From contig OZ361256.1 in NCBI GenBank assembly GCA_977018835.1, positions 7,378,001 to 7,442,000 of the forward strand: a stretch of 64,000 nucleotides of DNA. The letters are read 5' to 3'. Below the pieces are notes generated by a model. That model did not search any database. It saw only the letters and a list, made by a program, of their open reading frames with translations, and was not told the DNA's origin. The stretch comes from Minutocellus sp. GHC0000111. Lineage: Eukaryota. This document shows, piece after piece, positions 36,112 to 45,572 of the stretch (the first letter of the stretch is position 1; every line of letters starts with the position of its first letter). The position numbers were made by a program, and so were the translations under genes.

Positions 36112-36277
36112 AAGATCAGGATGATGTGTTTAGAGCAGCCGAGATCGATGAGGCCGAACTAGTGGCAAAAGGAAAGGCTTTAGATCTTGAAGTCCGTCGG
36201 TGGTTGGCAAGCAAGATGAATAAGAATCTCACAAAAAGCAGGTTGACAGCGCAGGTGCTAGGAGTGGGAGCGAATGC
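36112..36277 (+). repeat. 166-bp direct copy of 38574-38739 (3' end of the recombinase ORF)
   Basis: Identical except one synonymous change (ACA vs ACC). Confidence 0.97.
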
Positions 36278-36280
36278 GCC

Positions 36281-38984
36281 TTTGCTTCCGAACTTTACCC
36301 GGGTGTTTCGGGGGGATTCCTGGGTAAAGTTTGGCTCGCATGTTTGCTGCGAGAAGACTTCAAGATTTTCCCCGCGATGCCAAGCATCAACTGAAAGCGC
36401 ATCTTGGCTGCGAGCCAAAATAAAAAACAGAAGTCTTTTGACACCATGGCCGCCGCTACTACTGCTGCTACCGCCGCCACGAACGCCACCGCCGGCCTTC
36501 GCCGCACGGCAGTCCCAAGGGCACCACCCGAGTTATCATCGTACAAGACCCGATTCAATGCATATCTTCAGCATATCGGTCTTCCCTTTGTCGACGACTT
36601 GACGCCCGAAGACGTCGCATCGCCCGGCGACATCGAATCAATTATGTGCTCTTGGGCCGAGTACATGTCGACGAACCCTCCGAGGTACATGAACAACCGG
36701 GACAAGCTCCTCAAGGCTGACGGCGTCGGCAACGGCTTCGGCCTCATCAAGGAGTACCTGAAGGACCGGTTCGGCCGCCACGTCGACTGGACCGACGAGA
36801 CCTGGTTCACCCTCTCCAAGGGCGCGCTCGTCAAGAAGCTGGAGAGAGACAGCGTCCGTGGCACATCTGGTGTCGACGAAGTACCCGGCAAGATCGGCAT
36901 CGTTCGCCTCAACCCCGATGCTGGTGTTATTGAAGGACACGACGGTGTCAGCACCAGTCCATTTGCCGACGATGTTCCCGACATGGTCACCATCAATCGC
37001 AAGCTACTGAAAACCAGCAAGCTCGGCGACAAGCACCAGCGACGCCTTGCTCTCAACTTGACATATGCCGCCGATGGCCGGTCCGGGGAGGTGAAATATC
37101 TCAACTACCAGGGCATGACATATGATCCCGTCGGTAATTGTGCTGCTGCTGACTGGAAGGACTTGAAGAATGGCACGACCAGGCCGACTACCTTCTGTAC
37201 AGATTATGACCGGTGGGAGACTTGTGTATTTGATGCCCTTGGTGACCACTGGAGCGTCGATGGTGGCCTCTCTCGTACCTGCAACTCCTCTGGCAATATA
37301 GGTTTTCTCCAGGCCTTTGTTGTACCGATGTGCCAGGCTCGAAGCGATTCCTGGACTTCCAAGACCCTCACCGAAACCTTGCGAGATGATCTGCCGGATT
37401 CAATACGGGACAGCATATCTGGTCGAAGCATGCGATACGGCGGCACTACCCACCTTCACGAAGATCCGTCGGTGAATCATCCAGAGCTCACGGCACGATC
37501 AGGCCACGCTCCTGCTGATAACACCAGGCACTACGTGCTATCTCGGCGGGCGATGCAACATGTGCCAATGAGGTCTCTTGCTGGCCATCCCTCTCCTCGG
37601 AAGTCCCACCGTCCTCCTCGGCTCATTGCCATCAGCACTTTGCCTGACGACATGGCTCTTTTGGATCGGTTTGCAGACAAATTATATCCAATGACAATGC
37701 CTGATTTCAAGGCTGGAGGGAGGCTACGGCAGCTGGTACGGGAGGTGCTGGCCACCAACATTATGAATTTTTCGACGAAGCTGTCTTTTCTTGGAGTTGC
37801 AGGCCCTGCCGTTCGTCGGATGATGAATGTGGGGGACGAGCTCGGTATTGATCTGTCTCAATTGAAGGGGTGGTCAAGGAAGGTGGCAGATGATTTCAAG
37901 GCCATCAATGCACCGTATTCATCCGCTGAGGAGGAGCTTGCTACTGTGGTAGCTGAAAACAATCGTTTAGTATCAGATTTGCGGAAGGAGATTGCCGATT
38001 TGAAGGCTTTGGCAGCAACCAACGCAAGAACAATATGTCACCTTGAGACTCAGCTACAAAAATCGGATGCAAGGGCGCTAAATGGAACATCGGTGCCATT
38101 GATTGCTTCTGGTGGTGTTGATTCGGCGGTTGCTGGTACCAGTAGACCTGCCGGTGGCACCATCCGACGAAGAGAGCCATCCCCACCGCGATCCCCTGGC
38201 CGAAACGTGCGGCAGCGCACCGCTGGAGGTTCTGGCATTATCGGCACCGCAATATCTGCCATTGCAGTATCGCCGGTTGCCATAGCAAGGAGAATGGTTG
38301 GAGGAGCGCCACCGCTACCGACGGCTCTTCGGCCTCCACCGCTACCAACGACGGAGCAGTTGTCAACTGTCAGCAGCGCTGGGGGCAAAAAGAAGAATAA
38401 GTGGTCGCTCATGAGCGAAATAGTAATAGAATTGGCTCGATCTGGAAAGCTGAAGTCAGGGTCGTCGCATGAATCCATGCCTCCGCCGCTGGCAATACTT
38501 CCCAGGGCTTTTGATCGCAATGAAAAGACAAAATATAAGTTGGCAATGCGTGTGGTTGATGCAGCTGTCACAAAAGATCAGGATGATGTGTTTAGAGCAG
38601 CCGAGATCGATGAGGCCGAACTAGTGGCAAAAGGAAAGGCTTTAGATCTTGAAGTCCGTCGGTGGTTGGCAAGCAAGATGAATAAGAATCTCACCAAAAG
38701 CAGGTTGACAGCGCAGGTGCTAGGAGTGGGAGCGAATGCCCAGAAATTACCAGACAATGCATGGCCGAGGTCCAATGGGGGTCTTTTTGGGATGTTTCGT
38801 AAATAAGTAATCATTCATTACCAACACATGTAGTAAACATGAAGTTACCGGTAGTCACATGTAGACTCGCCGAGCAGAGATGCTTTTGTCATTTCGCTCC
38901 CTTTTCCTTCTTTTTCCTTCTTTCTCCTCTTTTTCTTTCCGCGGGTAAAGTTTGCCCTGCGGGTAAACTTGGGAATTTTTGCTT
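36281..38984 (+). mobile_element. Tyrosine-recombinase DNA transposon (Crypton-like), ~2.7 kb, bounded by TTTGCTT direct repeats with subterminal inverted arms
   Basis: TTTGCTT at 36281-36287 and 38978-38984. Arms TTCCGAACTTTACCC (36286-36300) and GGGTAAACTTGGGAA (38961-38975) are reverse complements at 13/15. Single YR ORF inside; no RT or DDE domain seen. Confidence 0.82.
36446..38806 (+). CDS. Tyrosine recombinase (integrase-like) with C-terminal coiled-coil and putative DNA-binding region
   Basis: Catalytic-order motifs ADGRSGEV (R), KDLKNG (K), SGRSMRYGG (H/R-x-x-R), ARSGH (H), TRHYV (Y). Intact and intronless. Confidence 0.85.
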   Translation: MAAATTAATAATNATAGLRRTAVPRAPPELSSYKTRFNAYLQHIGLPFVDDLTPEDVASPGDIESIMCSWAEYMSTNPPRYMNNRDKLLKADGVGNGFGLIKEYLKDRFGRHVDWTDETWFTLSKGALVKKLERDSVRGTSGVDEVPGKIGIVRLNPDAGVIEGHDGVSTSPFADDVPDMVTINRKLLKTSKLGDKHQRRLALNLTYAADGRSGEVKYLNYQGMTYDPVGNCAAADWKDLKNGTTRPTTFCTDYDRWETCVFDALGDHWSVDGGLSRTCNSSGNIGFLQAFVVPMCQARSDSWTSKTLTETLRDDLPDSIRDSISGRSMRYGGTTHLHEDPSVNHPELTARSGHAPADNTRHYVLSRRAMQHVPMRSLAGHPSPRKSHRPPRLIAISTLPDDMALLDRFADKLYPMTMPDFKAGGRLRQLVREVLATNIMNFSTKLSFLGVAGPAVRRMMNVGDELGIDLSQLKGWSRKVADDFKAINAPYSSAEEELATVVAENNRLVSDLRKEIADLKALAATNARTICHLETQLQKSDARALNGTSVPLIASGGVDSAVAGTSRPAGGTIRRREPSPPRSPGRNVRQRTAGGSGIIGTAISAIAVSPVAIARRMVGGAPPLPTALRPPPLPTTEQLSTVSSAGGKKKNKWSLMSEIVIELARSGKLKSGSSHESMPPPLAILPRAFDRNEKTKYKLAMRVVDAAVTKDQDDVFRAAEIDEAELVAKGKALDLEVRRWLASKMNKNLTKSRLTAQVLGVGANAQKLPDNAWPRSNGGLFGMFRK

Positions 38985-39051
38985 TGGGTGTTCCATCCGA
39001 TTTCCTCGAATCGAATCCATTTCCTTTCAATAAGCTGCTACACCGCCAACC

Positions 39052-40545
39052 ATGGGACCCCGTCGCAAGGCATCGCACGATGCCGCCGCATCCTCCTCTG
39101 CCAACACCGACGCCGTCGAGATCAGCATCCCCAACGACGCACTGTACCGCGACCTGGCATCGAACAATTCCTACTTCGACGGCCTCGTCGACATGCTCCC
39201 CTCCAAGCTGTACATTGCCGGCAACACCGGCGACGAGATGTACAATCCCAAGTACAAGCGTGGCCAGCACAAGGAGAGCAAGGAGGCCCGCCGGGCGCGG
39301 AACAAGGCGGCGCGGCTGCAGAAGTTCCAGTCGCCCGAGACGACGCTGGAGAAGAAGGCTCGGTTGGCTCGAGAGGAGGCCGAGATGGATATGGACGGCG
39401 ATAGCAGCAGCGACGACAGTGATGACGAAATGGAGGGTGGCAAGGCTGGTAAGAAACGTCGCATGAAGAAGAATGCCGCCAAGAAGCAGCAGCTGCAGGG
39501 CAAGAAGAAGGCTGGTGCATGGGCCGACGATAGCGATGATGACGGCGACAACGATGGTGATGATATGATGATGTCTGATGATCAGCCAAAGAACAACAAG
39601 AAGAGCAAGTCAACAGCCGATGGTGAAGGCAACGCAGCCGATGCTGATGACGATGACGCCGCTCAAGGAGAGGGAGGGTCGCGCATCGAGGCCCTCCGAG
39701 CCAGACTCCGGGCCAAGATCGCCGAGCGACAGTCGCAGCGTCCTGGTGGGGTGCAGTCTCCCGATGCCGTATCGAAGCGTGCGGCCCGAAGAGCTGAGAA
39801 GCAGCGTCGGGTCGAGGCGGCCAAGAAGCGCGCCGACAAGGGCGGATCGACTCGTGTTGGCAAGAACGATGCCAAGAAGTACAAGGTGTCTGATGCCGAG
39901 CTGGGTGGGACCGTCGTCAACACTGGCCGGGGTGCCAATGGCGGCTCTCGGGAGGAAGATTTGGCCGGGGTGGACTTTGGAGGCATCGCTGGTCTGTCCA
40001 AGAAGGCAACGTATTTGGACAACAAGTCGTTGGCCAAGTCCGGTGGTAAGAAGAAGAGCCTTGACCGGCTCCTGGCCGATGCCGAGAAGAAGCGCGACCG
40101 TCTCCAGGAGCTCAAGGCTGGCACTGAGGAAGACAAGGAGAAGGCCATGCGTATTCAATGGGGAGATACCCTCAAGGAGGCCAGTGGTGAGCGTGTCCGA
40201 GATGATCCTGCTCTCATTCGTAAGGCAATGAAGCGCAAGGCCAAGAAGAAGGCCAAGAGTGCCAAGGCTTGGGAGGCTCGCACGGAGGAGCTCAAGGATG
40301 CCAAGGACCAGAAGCAAAAGATTCGCAGTCACAACCTCGAGAAGCGCAAGCTGGGCGGTACGGTGGCTGCCAACATATCCAAGAAGCGCATCGTTACCGA
40401 AGAGGACAAGGATAATGAGGAGAAGAAGGAGAAGCGACCCCGTCTTGGTCCTTATGCCGGTGCTGGTGGCAAATCCCGTGCTGGTTTCGAGGGCAAACGC
40501 CAGGCTTTCATCAACGAAGCGAAGCCGAGCAAGGGCAAGAAGTAG
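39052..40545 (+). CDS. SURF6: SURF6/Rrp14 nucleolar ribosome biogenesis protein
   Basis: N-terminal YFDGLVDMLPSKLY (RRP14-N); W...LKEASGERVRDDPALIRKAMKRKAKKKAKSAKAW; RAGFEG. Confidence 0.92.
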   Translation: MGPRRKASHDAAASSSANTDAVEISIPNDALYRDLASNNSYFDGLVDMLPSKLYIAGNTGDEMYNPKYKRGQHKESKEARRARNKAARLQKFQSPETTLEKKARLAREEAEMDMDGDSSSDDSDDEMEGGKAGKKRRMKKNAAKKQQLQGKKKAGAWADDSDDDGDNDGDDMMMSDDQPKNNKKSKSTADGEGNAADADDDDAAQGEGGSRIEALRARLRAKIAERQSQRPGGVQSPDAVSKRAARRAEKQRRVEAAKKRADKGGSTRVGKNDAKKYKVSDAELGGTVVNTGRGANGGSREEDLAGVDFGGIAGLSKKATYLDNKSLAKSGGKKKSLDRLLADAEKKRDRLQELKAGTEEDKEKAMRIQWGDTLKEASGERVRDDPALIRKAMKRKAKKKAKSAKAWEARTEELKDAKDQKQKIRSHNLEKRKLGGTVAANISKKRIVTEEDKDNEEKKEKRPRLGPYAGAGGKSRAGFEGKRQAFINEAKPSKGKK

Positions 40546-40626
40546 TAAATAAGAGTTAGAAATTTAATTTTGTTGACATTCGTACGAGTAACTGCCAATG
40601 CTTTAGGTGTTAGATTGATACGATCG

Positions 40627-43600
40627 TCATTCCGACTTCTTCTCTTCGTTGCAACTATCGGGACTGTGAGAAATACCGTTATCAACGGGAGCAAGCCTAT
40701 TCATAGATTGCAAGAGCGCAGCCTCAAACATATTGTGAGCCTCCTCTCGCTGCTTGATTGCTGTTAGTATCCGCTCACGGGATGCCTGGAGTTTCCTCCG
40801 GGAATCTCGAACTTTGGCAAGTGCATCTTCAAGGTTATCAGACCTGGTATGAAGGAAAGGATACCGAATGCTATCTTGCCAATTAGGACAGACTGCCTCG
40901 ATTGCTTGGAGTCTTTCGGGGTCGGCCAGTATTGTATCCTGCAATTCCTCGAAGGCATCGTGGCCTCTTTGAGTCAATTGCGACTGCAGCTCTGGCGATG
41001 GCAGTGACTTTTCCGGGCTGGGTGTATTGGGGGTGCTGGCTGAGGGGTCCTCCTGAAACAATTCCAACAAGTCATCAATTCCTGTCTCGGAGTCGTCATT
41101 GATGGCTGCGTCAACCTTTTGATTCAAATCATCACCCGCTACCTCGGCGTTAGATTGGGAGTTAGCTTCTTTCACTGGAGTTTCTGGCAGCTCGGTATTG
41201 CAGTTGAATAGTGTAGCAGAGGAGGCAGCATTCCACATACCAGCCTGAGAATTTCTCGAGGCACGCTCCAGTCCTCGTTGGGAGGCTTCGTTATAATCTG
41301 CCATAGGACTTCTAACCTCGACCGGAGAGTCTTCTTCCGTCTTTTCATAAATGATCGACTTATTTGGTTCTGCAGCACCATTCTCGATGACATAAATATC
41401 GTCACCATCGTCAGCATCACGTACAGAGACATTATTTTGGATCAAAACAATCTCTTCCTCGATCACTGGGTCTAGCTCCGTGCCCTTAGACTCTTCTTCT
41501 GAAGCTTGCTTTCTACCGGTATCATCATTGTCATCCGACGCATCAGCTTCGTCTTCTCCCCTCATCATTTGAGTGAGCGTCGGCTGAGCCTCCTTCACAG
41601 TTGGCTCAATACCGAAAAGCCCTTGATGGGCCTTCTCCACACGAGATTTTTTGGCTCGAGGATAAAAGACTCCTTTATCCTCGCCATCAACATCAGCATC
41701 GGCAAGGAAGCGCGGCTTGGCTTCCTCTTCGCCACCGCCACCGACACTTGCCCTCTTCTTAGCAACCTTATTTCGATGCTTCTTCAATTCACGGCCGACC
41801 TTGTAGCACAGCGTATCGAACCACGACGCGCTCTTTTCAAGCCTGCCGAGTCGTCCAAGGAGGGCTCGTTCGATTTCCGCGTCGGATCGAGCAAGCTTAC
41901 TGATGGGATTTGTGGCGTCTAATTTTGCTCCTTCCTCCAATCCTCTCAGGGCAGCGCCACGAGAGCAGGAGCAGGTGGAGCACAGCGCACATGCGGCGCC
42001 TCCACGTTTCGTCCGCTTGGAGGCACTTTCGTAGTCACCATCGCTATCCTTTCCCGGCGACGGCTCTTTGGCAAATTGACGCAAATAATCCGAGTGTTGC
42101 CGATCCCGAGACTTCTCATTGTCAGAAATCTTCTTCGATGAAGAAATATCAAAGTTGTCGTCATCAGTGGGAGACGATTCTACCTCCACCTTCTTCTTGG
42201 GCTGCTGTCGCTTGCGTTTTTTCTGAGCTGCCTTTGCTTTGGTGGTACCTGCAGTGGCCTTCGTAGTGCCCTCTGCTTTCTTGCTGGTCTTGGAGGTCTT
42301 TGCCTTCTTGCTGATATCAGTTTTGGTCTTCTTGGTGCCACTATCCTCTCCACTTTGCTTTTGCTTTTTCGCCGGAGCCGCTGGCTTCTCCTTCCTTGCT
42401 TTCTTTTTGTTGGTGGTAGACTCAGCTTTCTTCGATGCTTGCTTCTGCTGCCCATCGCCATTGGTCTTGTCACCATCGTCCAAAGATAGATCAATCACGG
42501 GGGATTTTGCGCTTGCTACTAGAGGTGCCTCCAACGGTTTTGGCTTACCACAAGCATCGCACGTAAACTTCCGGACATCATTGTCCAGAGTACATTTGGG
42601 GCACTTCCACTTTAGATCCGAATCCTTGCTGCCTCCAGAATCAGAAGGATTTGCATCAACCGAGTCGATATTCGTTGCAGCGACATCACCGGCAAGCTTC
42701 TCTGACGGAGAATTCGATGGCGGTCGCCCTGTGCCACACGCCTCACATTTGCGCTTCCGTGAGGTATTCAAGAGCGTACAGGCCGAGCAATTCCAGCCCC
42801 GGGTTGCTGTCGCCCCTCTGCTTCCGGATTTAGGTGCATCGGCAGTAGGCGTATCTGGAACATTGGTTGCGCCCGATGATATCTTCGCATAATCACCCCC
42901 TGGTGCTGAACTCGTTACCGATGACTCTGCTCTGGGTTTGGGCTTAGACGAAACTGCTGGCGAAGAGATATCATCGGCTGGTGCTACCGCTGCTGCTTCC
43001 GCTTTGGACGCCGACTTGGCCAGTGCCGCTTCTACAAAAGCCAATGCGTTGTCCCCCTTCGCTGCCGCCAACGAAGCCCTGTCATTGATGTTGATATCGG
43101 GGGATCTTTTCATCGTTTCACTGGCCTTCTTCATCTTATTCGAGATTGGGGTGGTTTCCTTTGCCCTTGGTGTGGAAGTACCATCGCCCTTGCCCTCTTC
43201 CGAAGATGACGATGATGGACTGTCCAATCCAACACCAACCTGCTTGATGCTTTTGGTCGCCTTTGGTTTCGACTTGGGTTTGGGCTTGATCGTATCTTTC
43301 TCCTCCTTTTCAGTCTCCTTGATTGTGCTGTCATTTTTGTTGCCCTTTTGCTCCACGTTCATACCATCACTAGTATCTTCACCGTGGGAAGACGACCACT
43401 CCACGGGCGAAAAGGACGGGATCGGAGGCTTGTCATGGCCGCCGTTGGACGATGACGACGCATTCCTCTTCCTTCGTTTGGCCGACGATTTCTTCTTCTT
43501 GACATTGCTGCCACCACCGTTGCCGTCGTTTCCACTACTTGCATCGGTGCCGTCGCTGGCCGCCGACTGCAAACTACCGGCAGACGCCAGGCTGTCCTGG

Positions 43601-44208
43601 CTGTCTTCAAGACCCCCACCAACATCAGTTTGCTGCTGCTTTTGGCTCTGCCGTTGACTTTGGGACCATTCGAACTCATTCTCGTCGGTCCCGCTGCTGC
43701 ATGGCTCGGTATCCTCGTCGCTATTGGCGTTGCGGTTGGGATTGGTCTGGGAAGTCGTGTTGCTGCTACTGGTACCGCCCCTCTTGTCATTGTTCTTGTT
43801 GTTCTCGGTACCTCCAAATTTGAACGACAGGTCATCGGGAAAAGTCAGGCCAGAGGACGATGAGGAAGCGGCCGCCGCCGCAGCAGCACGTTGCTGCTCC
43901 CGCGCCTGCCTCCGGGCGGCGAACACCCCGGAGATGACCCGCTTCTTCCGCCGGGTGCTGCCCTTCTGCTTCCTCTGTGAAGCCGCTGCTGCCTCCGACT
44001 GATGTGGATCGGATGCGGGCAAAGGTTTTGGTGCAGAGTTGTTGTGGTTGGTACGCTTTCGTTTGAGGGATAGCTTGGATCTGATCCCACCACCGTTGCT
44101 ACTGCTGCTGCCAGCGCTGGTGGGTCTACTAGCAGTAGACGTTAGAGACGCGCTGCCCGACGATGAGGGCCTGCCAGCGGCAGACGGCGCCGCTCCCTCG
44201 TCCGCCAT
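40627..44208 (-). CDS. Large low-complexity nuclear-type protein with two RanBP2-type zinc fingers
   Basis: WNCSACTLLN....KCEACG and WKCPKCTLDN....TCDACG; basic NLS-like stretches. Confidence 0.8.
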   Translation of the reverse strand: MADEGAAPSAAGRPSSSGSASLTSTASRPTSAGSSSSNGGGIRSKLSLKRKRTNHNNSAPKPLPASDPHQSEAAAASQRKQKGSTRRKKRVISGVFAARRQAREQQRAAAAAAASSSSSGLTFPDDLSFKFGGTENNKNNDKRGGTSSSNTTSQTNPNRNANSDEDTEPCSSGTDENEFEWSQSQRQSQKQQQTDVGGGLEDSQDSLASAGSLQSAASDGTDASSGNDGNGGGSNVKKKKSSAKRRKRNASSSSNGGHDKPPIPSFSPVEWSSSHGEDTSDGMNVEQKGNKNDSTIKETEKEEKDTIKPKPKSKPKATKSIKQVGVGLDSPSSSSSEEGKGDGTSTPRAKETTPISNKMKKASETMKRSPDININDRASLAAAKGDNALAFVEAALAKSASKAEAAAVAPADDISSPAVSSKPKPRAESSVTSSAPGGDYAKISSGATNVPDTPTADAPKSGSRGATATRGWNCSACTLLNTSRKRKCEACGTGRPPSNSPSEKLAGDVAATNIDSVDANPSDSGGSKDSDLKWKCPKCTLDNDVRKFTCDACGKPKPLEAPLVASAKSPVIDLSLDDGDKTNGDGQQKQASKKAESTTNKKKARKEKPAAPAKKQKQSGEDSGTKKTKTDISKKAKTSKTSKKAEGTTKATAGTTKAKAAQKKRKRQQPKKKVEVESSPTDDDNFDISSSKKISDNEKSRDRQHSDYLRQFAKEPSPGKDSDGDYESASKRTKRGGAACALCSTCSCSRGAALRGLEEGAKLDATNPISKLARSDAEIERALLGRLGRLEKSASWFDTLCYKVGRELKKHRNKVAKKRASVGGGGEEEAKPRFLADADVDGEDKGVFYPRAKKSRVEKAHQGLFGIEPTVKEAQPTLTQMMRGEDEADASDDNDDTGRKQASEEESKGTELDPVIEEEIVLIQNNVSVRDADDGDDIYVIENGAAEPNKSIIYEKTEEDSPVEVRSPMADYNEASQRGLERASRNSQAGMWNAASSATLFNCNTELPETPVKEANSQSNAEVAGDDLNQKVDAAINDDSETGIDDLLELFQEDPSASTPNTPSPEKSLPSPELQSQLTQRGHDAFEELQDTILADPERLQAIEAVCPNWQDSIRYPFLHTRSDNLEDALAKVRDSRRKLQASRERILTAIKQREEAHNMFEAALLQSMNRLAPVDNGISHSPDSCNEEKKSE

Positions 44209-44524
44209 CTTGCCGAGCAGAGCGACCGTTGCTTGTGGTGCTGGTTGGCGAGGCTGGCAGGCTCGTTTTGCTTGAGTTTAGGTTTTCTGAGCGAGTCGAG
44301 TAAGTCCAATTTAGTAGAGGTGTCTGCAATGTAGGAAGGAATTCATACATGTAGAGGTGTCTGTACTTTTTCCAGAAAAGATTGCCTCAACTTTGCGCGC
44401 CATCTCAACACTCAGCACATCTTTTTGCTTGGAGTATCACAGCTCTCTGGCTTTGCTCGCCTGCCTTGACCCACATACTAGCCTACGTAGTACACAGCAT
44501 ATCCGAACCAGCAAGACAAGCACT

Positions 44525-45319
44525 ATGCCCGCCTTCCACAGAAACGCTCTGGTCGCTGCCCTCCTGGCATCCGCCGCATCCGTCGAGGGATTTGCCCCCG
44601 TCGGATCGACTCCTCGTACTGCCGCCAATGATGGCAGCAGCAGCACGACGGCCCTCTCGGCCATTGATCCCAGCGCCATTTTCCCCGCCGCTCTGTTCGG
44701 TGGCGCTGTCTTTGCGACCGTCCAGTTTTCCGACAAGGAGACGTCTGTGGCCGATGTGGTTGCCAAGAAGGAGGATACCAGCAGCACCAGCACAACCACA
44801 AGCACAGCCACCATCGAAAAGGAGCCAGAGGTTGCCGAGGAAAAAGTAGCAGAGGAGGCCAAGGAGGCGGAACCCGCCCCTGCCCCTGCCCCCGCTCCTG
44901 CCAAGGATGAGCGAAAGTATGAGTTCACCACCCCGGCGGCTAAGCGGAAGAAGGAGGCCAAGGTGGCGGCCCCAGCGCCGGTCCCGGCACCGGCACCGGC
45001 GGCACCCAAGGCAGCGGCTCCTGCCAACAAGGACATTTCCGAAATTCGCAACGAGGTGGCCAGCACCCTGGACTCGCGGAAGGAGATGCAGAAGCGGTTG
45101 GACGATGCTAAGGCCTCCCGCGACGCGGCCAAGAGCAAGGAGGAGCCTGCTGCTGTGGAAGCGGCCGAGGAGGACGTGGCGGATGAGGAGACTGCCGCCG
45201 TCGTGGACGAAGCGGACGACGATTCCAGCGAGGAGAAGGTAACGGGACGGAAGCGCCGGTTCGTTGGCAAGGTTGTGAAGAAGGTGGTGATGCCCTGGAA
45301 GAAATGGAATTCCCTCTAA
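44525..45319 (+). CDS. Probable plastid-targeted Ala/Glu/Lys/Pro-rich protein
   Basis: Signal peptide then VEG-FAP (ASAFAP-like), short hydrophobic segment, VVMPWKKW tail. Confidence 0.7.
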   Translation: MPAFHRNALVAALLASAASVEGFAPVGSTPRTAANDGSSSTTALSAIDPSAIFPAALFGGAVFATVQFSDKETSVADVVAKKEDTSSTSTTTSTATIEKEPEVAEEKVAEEAKEAEPAPAPAPAPAKDERKYEFTTPAAKRKKEAKVAAPAPVPAPAPAAPKAAAPANKDISEIRNEVASTLDSRKEMQKRLDDAKASRDAAKSKEEPAAVEAAEEDVADEETAAVVDEADDDSSEEKVTGRKRRFVGKVVKKVVMPWKKWNSL

Positions 45320-45572
45320 AGATTGGGAACTGTTTTGCGTACAGTACACTTACGTTGGGAAAACTATTATCATCATCATTGGGCAACAACAAAAAAGAAA
45401 CAAAGAAGAAGAACAGAAAGTTCGTTTGATACACCACTACATTGCATGTTTGTACCTATTGGTTGGGAGCGGCGGTAATTTTGTAGAAAAATATTTTACT
45501 AATGCCCCATTTTGTTTGTGATGAAGCTTTGTCGTTGTTAAGTTGTTTGGGAAACGAACATGTTGAAATGTA

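Noticed and set aside
36112..38739. 166-bp direct repeats interpreted as LTRs of a retrotransposon
   Set aside because: No TG..CA ends, PBS/PPT, gag, RT or RNase H; the downstream copy lies inside the coding sequence.
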